A DNA stretch of 20,373 nucleotides from positions 1 to 20,373 of IMG/VR virus record IMGVR_UViG_2513237361_000008; one strand, written 5' to 3'. Shown here piece by piece: positions 18,743 to 20,373 of the stretch. Numbering within the stretch: the first letter of the stretch is position 1; the number at the start of each line of letters is the position of its first letter. Under the pieces are notes generated by a model that saw only the letters and a program-made list of their open reading frames with translations, did not search any database and was not told where the DNA came from. The translations under genes and the position numbers were made by a program. Source of the stretch: a virus. Lineage: Duplodnaviria > Heunggongvirae > Uroviricota > Caudoviricetes.

Positions 18743-19312
18743 ATGAGAGAACTACCTAAAGATTATTTTTTAGGAGTAGATGATGAGCTCGTCGATTATC
18801 TTGAAAAACAAGGGGAAGAGACGATACGAGAGATTCATCTTTCTAACAAAACCAATGTTGAGAATGGATACAAACTTCTGAACATTCAGATTGTTGGAAT
18901 TGGTTCATCTTTTTTATTGCTGACACAGAAAACTAATTTCGATTTTCTCACCGCCGGAATTACCACATTTACATTACTATGGACATGGTGCGCCATTTAC
19001 TTGGTATGTACTGGTTTATCTGTGAAGGTTAGGGGCCTGATCAATGCCCCTCCTGATCATCTATATCATGAAAAATATAAGGATATGGAGCCCTCGAGCT
19101 TTAAAATATTCGCTGATGCAGGATATTTAGGACCTGATAAGTTATTGCCGCTTATACGAAGGTATCGCCTTGTTGACTTGAGTGATACAGCAAGAGAGTT
19201 ACTGTTGGAAAATGAGAAAATCCGCACGAGTCTCGATAAAGCAAGGATGTATACCATCCTTGCTCCGGTAGCGGCGATGTTTATCTCGGCTGTTTTTTTA
19301 TATGTTCAATGA
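18743..19312 (+). CDS. Hypothetical membrane protein, 189 aa, AT-rich moron between Q and the lysis cassette
   Basis: GGAGGTGA SD before the ATG at 18743; hydrophobic segments (IQIVGIGSSFLLL, LTAGITTFTLLWTWCAIYLVCTGL, MYTILAPVAAMFISAVFLYVQ); about 32% G+C hand-counted on one line; followed by its own terminator. Confidence 0.7.
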   Translation: MRELPKDYFLGVDDELVDYLEKQGEETIREIHLSNKTNVENGYKLLNIQIVGIGSSFLLLTQKTNFDFLTAGITTFTLLWTWCAIYLVCTGLSVKVRGLINAPPDHLYHEKYKDMEPSSFKIFADAGYLGPDKLLPLIRRYRLVDLSDTARELLLENEKIRTSLDKARMYTILAPVAAMFISAVFLYVQ

Positions 19313-19442
19313 CTGAGTCGGCAGAATCTCCAACAAAAACACGACGTGTAGCAAAGTCTGTAGTACTTTGTGTTGGAGTTGGTTTTGGTGCCACGGGTTG
19401 CTGAGGTTTATTTTCACCTTGTGGTTTGTTTTTTTCAGACAT
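19281..19442 (-). CDS. Candidate small Pro/Gln/Lys-rich protein, 53 aa, convergent with and overlapping the 3' end of the moron gene
   Basis: ATG at 19442 preceded by an AGAGGA SD on the minus strand; low-complexity translation MSEKNKPQGENKPQQPVAPKPTPTQSTT...; could be spurious. Confidence 0.25.
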   Translation of the reverse strand: MSEKNKPQGENKPQQPVAPKPTPTQSTTDFATRRVFVGDSADSVIEHIKKQPR

Positions 19443-19546
19443 AAAAATCCTCTTTGTTTGAATTGTTACTTTTGGCGATTTAACGATATCAAACACGAGT
19501 ATATACCGCCAGAAGCTTAATCTGGCACTCCATCTGGCCCCGGCAT

Positions 19547-19571
19547 GTCCCGGGGCTTTTTCGTTGTTAGG
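19547..19571 (+). terminator. Rho-independent terminator between the moron and the holin
   Basis: GC-rich 7-bp stem gccccgg / ccggggc with a 6-nt loop, followed by TTTTT (19567-19571). Confidence 0.7.
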
Positions 19572-19659
19572 CTCCGGAAACATCCTCGACTTCTTGTTAG
19601 CAAGCCTGAGAGCCTGAATCTTACACTTAGCACCATCCGAACTCTCGGAGGTGAGGCTT

Positions 19660-20001
19660 ATGAAAATGCACAATGCCCCTCATTCCTGGCCTGACTTACT
19701 GGAACTCTTACAAAGTTGGTGGCGTGGAGATACGCCGCTGGGTGCAGTGGTTATGTCAATTATTATGGCTGGTTTGCGCATTGCCTATTTTGGCGGTGGC
19801 GGCGGCTGGAAACGAAAAACGCTTGAGATTCTGCTTTGTGGTGCTCTGACGCTGACCTTTGCATCCGCGCTTGAGTATGTCGGATGGCCTAAATCACTTT
19901 CTGTTGCCATTGGTGGTGGGGTGGGGCTGATTGGTGTTGATGCTATTCGTGGTGCGGCAATGAGGGTCATCGGTAACAAGTTCGGTGCCCATAAGGAGTA
20001 A
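19660..20001 (+). CDS. Holin, lambda S-like class I (three predicted TM helices), 113 aa with a Met-Lys-Met dual-start motif
   Basis: GGAGGTGA SD; translation begins MKMHNAPHSW..., paralleling lambda S MKMPEKHDLL; three hydrophobic segments; immediately upstream of the endolysin. Confidence 0.8.
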   Translation: MKMHNAPHSWPDLLELLQSWWRGDTPLGAVVMSIIMAGLRIAYFGGGGGWKRKTLEILLCGALTLTFASALEYVGWPKSLSVAIGGGVGLIGVDAIRGAAMRVIGNKFGAHKE

Positions 20002-20004
20002 TTA

Positions 20005-20373
20005 ATGCAGACACTTAATTCCCAGCGTAAAGCTTTCCTTGATATGGTGGCATGGTCAGAAGGAACAGATAACGGACGGCAGAAAACCAGAAATCACGGT
20101 TATGATGTTATTGTCGGTGGCGAACTGTTCACTGATTACTCCGATCACCCCCGCAAACTTGTCACGCTAAATCCGAAACTCAAATCAACAGCCGCTGGAC
20201 GTTACCAGCTTCTTTCACGCTGGTGGGATGCCTACCGCAAGCAACTTGGCCTGAAAGATTTTTCTCCAGAAAGTCAGGATGCTGTAGCGCTGCAGCAGGT
20301 ACGATATAGCATCAATCCAAGTAAAAATGCGCTTTCATTTCACATTAACTTACAGCCATTGGTATACGATTAG
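20005..20373 (+). CDS. Lambda R-like endolysin (lytic transglycosylase), 122 aa, apparently truncated or divergent at the C-terminus
   Basis: The first ~98 residues match lambda R as I recall it (NSQRKAFLDMVAWSEGTDNGRQKTRNHGYDVIVGGELFTDYSDHPRKL...), including the catalytic Glu in WSEGTD; after ALQQ the sequence diverges and stops at TAG 20371-20373, the last codon of the window. Confidence 0.65.
   Translation: MQTLNSQRKAFLDMVAWSEGTDNGRQKTRNHGYDVIVGGELFTDYSDHPRKLVTLNPKLKSTAAGRYQLLSRWWDAYRKQLGLKDFSPESQDAVALQQVRYSINPSKNALSFHINLQPLVYD

Larger units (their letters stand above)
1..20373. mobile_element. Rac-like lambdoid prophage segment (integration/recombination, immunity, replication, cargo, nin-like, Q, lysis); neither attachment site is visible in the window
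   Basis: Gene order and protein identities read from the translations (integrase, RecET, KilR, SieB, repressor/Cro, O-like and DnaC-like proteins, Q, holin, endolysin). Synteny with Rac and Qin prophages is from memory, not from a search. Confidence 0.85.

Noticed and set aside
1-20373. CRISPR arrays, tRNA or rRNA genes, IS elements
   Set aside because: No regularly spaced direct repeats, no cloverleaf-like structured segments found in the intergenic regions I inspected, and no transposase-like ORF or familiar IS terminal sequence. The search was by eye, so short or degenerate elements could have been missed.

Overview
This window reads as one contiguous stretch of a Rac-like lambdoid prophage from an Escherichia/Enterobacteriaceae genome. 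All gene identities are from reading the translations and recalling known families; no database search or HMM was run. The left third (1-7500, all minus strand) is a classical early-left operon: tyrosine integrase, excisionase-like protein, YdaC, Lar/RalR, RecT, RecE, RacC, YdaE, KilR, YdaF and YdaG, with sieB on the opposite strand. It is followed by an immunity switch (cI-like repressor divergent from a Cro-like gene, with a recurring ATGTACT operator-like motif) and a replication module (YdaT-like, O-like YdaU, DnaC-like YdaV). The centre holds a visibly AT-rich cargo block whose main gene is a 1210-aa KAP-type P-loop NTPase, with two transmembrane helices inserted between Walker A and a DDxDR-like Walker B. 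It has its own extended -10 promoter and intrinsic terminator. I consider it the strongest candidate for an undescribed single-gene anti-phage (PifA-like abortive infection) system in the window. Downstream are a HokD/RelF-like type I toxin without relBE, a three-gene translationally coupled nin-like operon ending in antiterminator Q, a second AT-rich membrane-protein moron between Q and the lysis genes, a lambda-S-like holin with a Met-Lys-Met dual start, and a lambda-R-like endolysin that ends early at the window edge. I found no rRNA, tRNA, CRISPR array or recognisable IS element.
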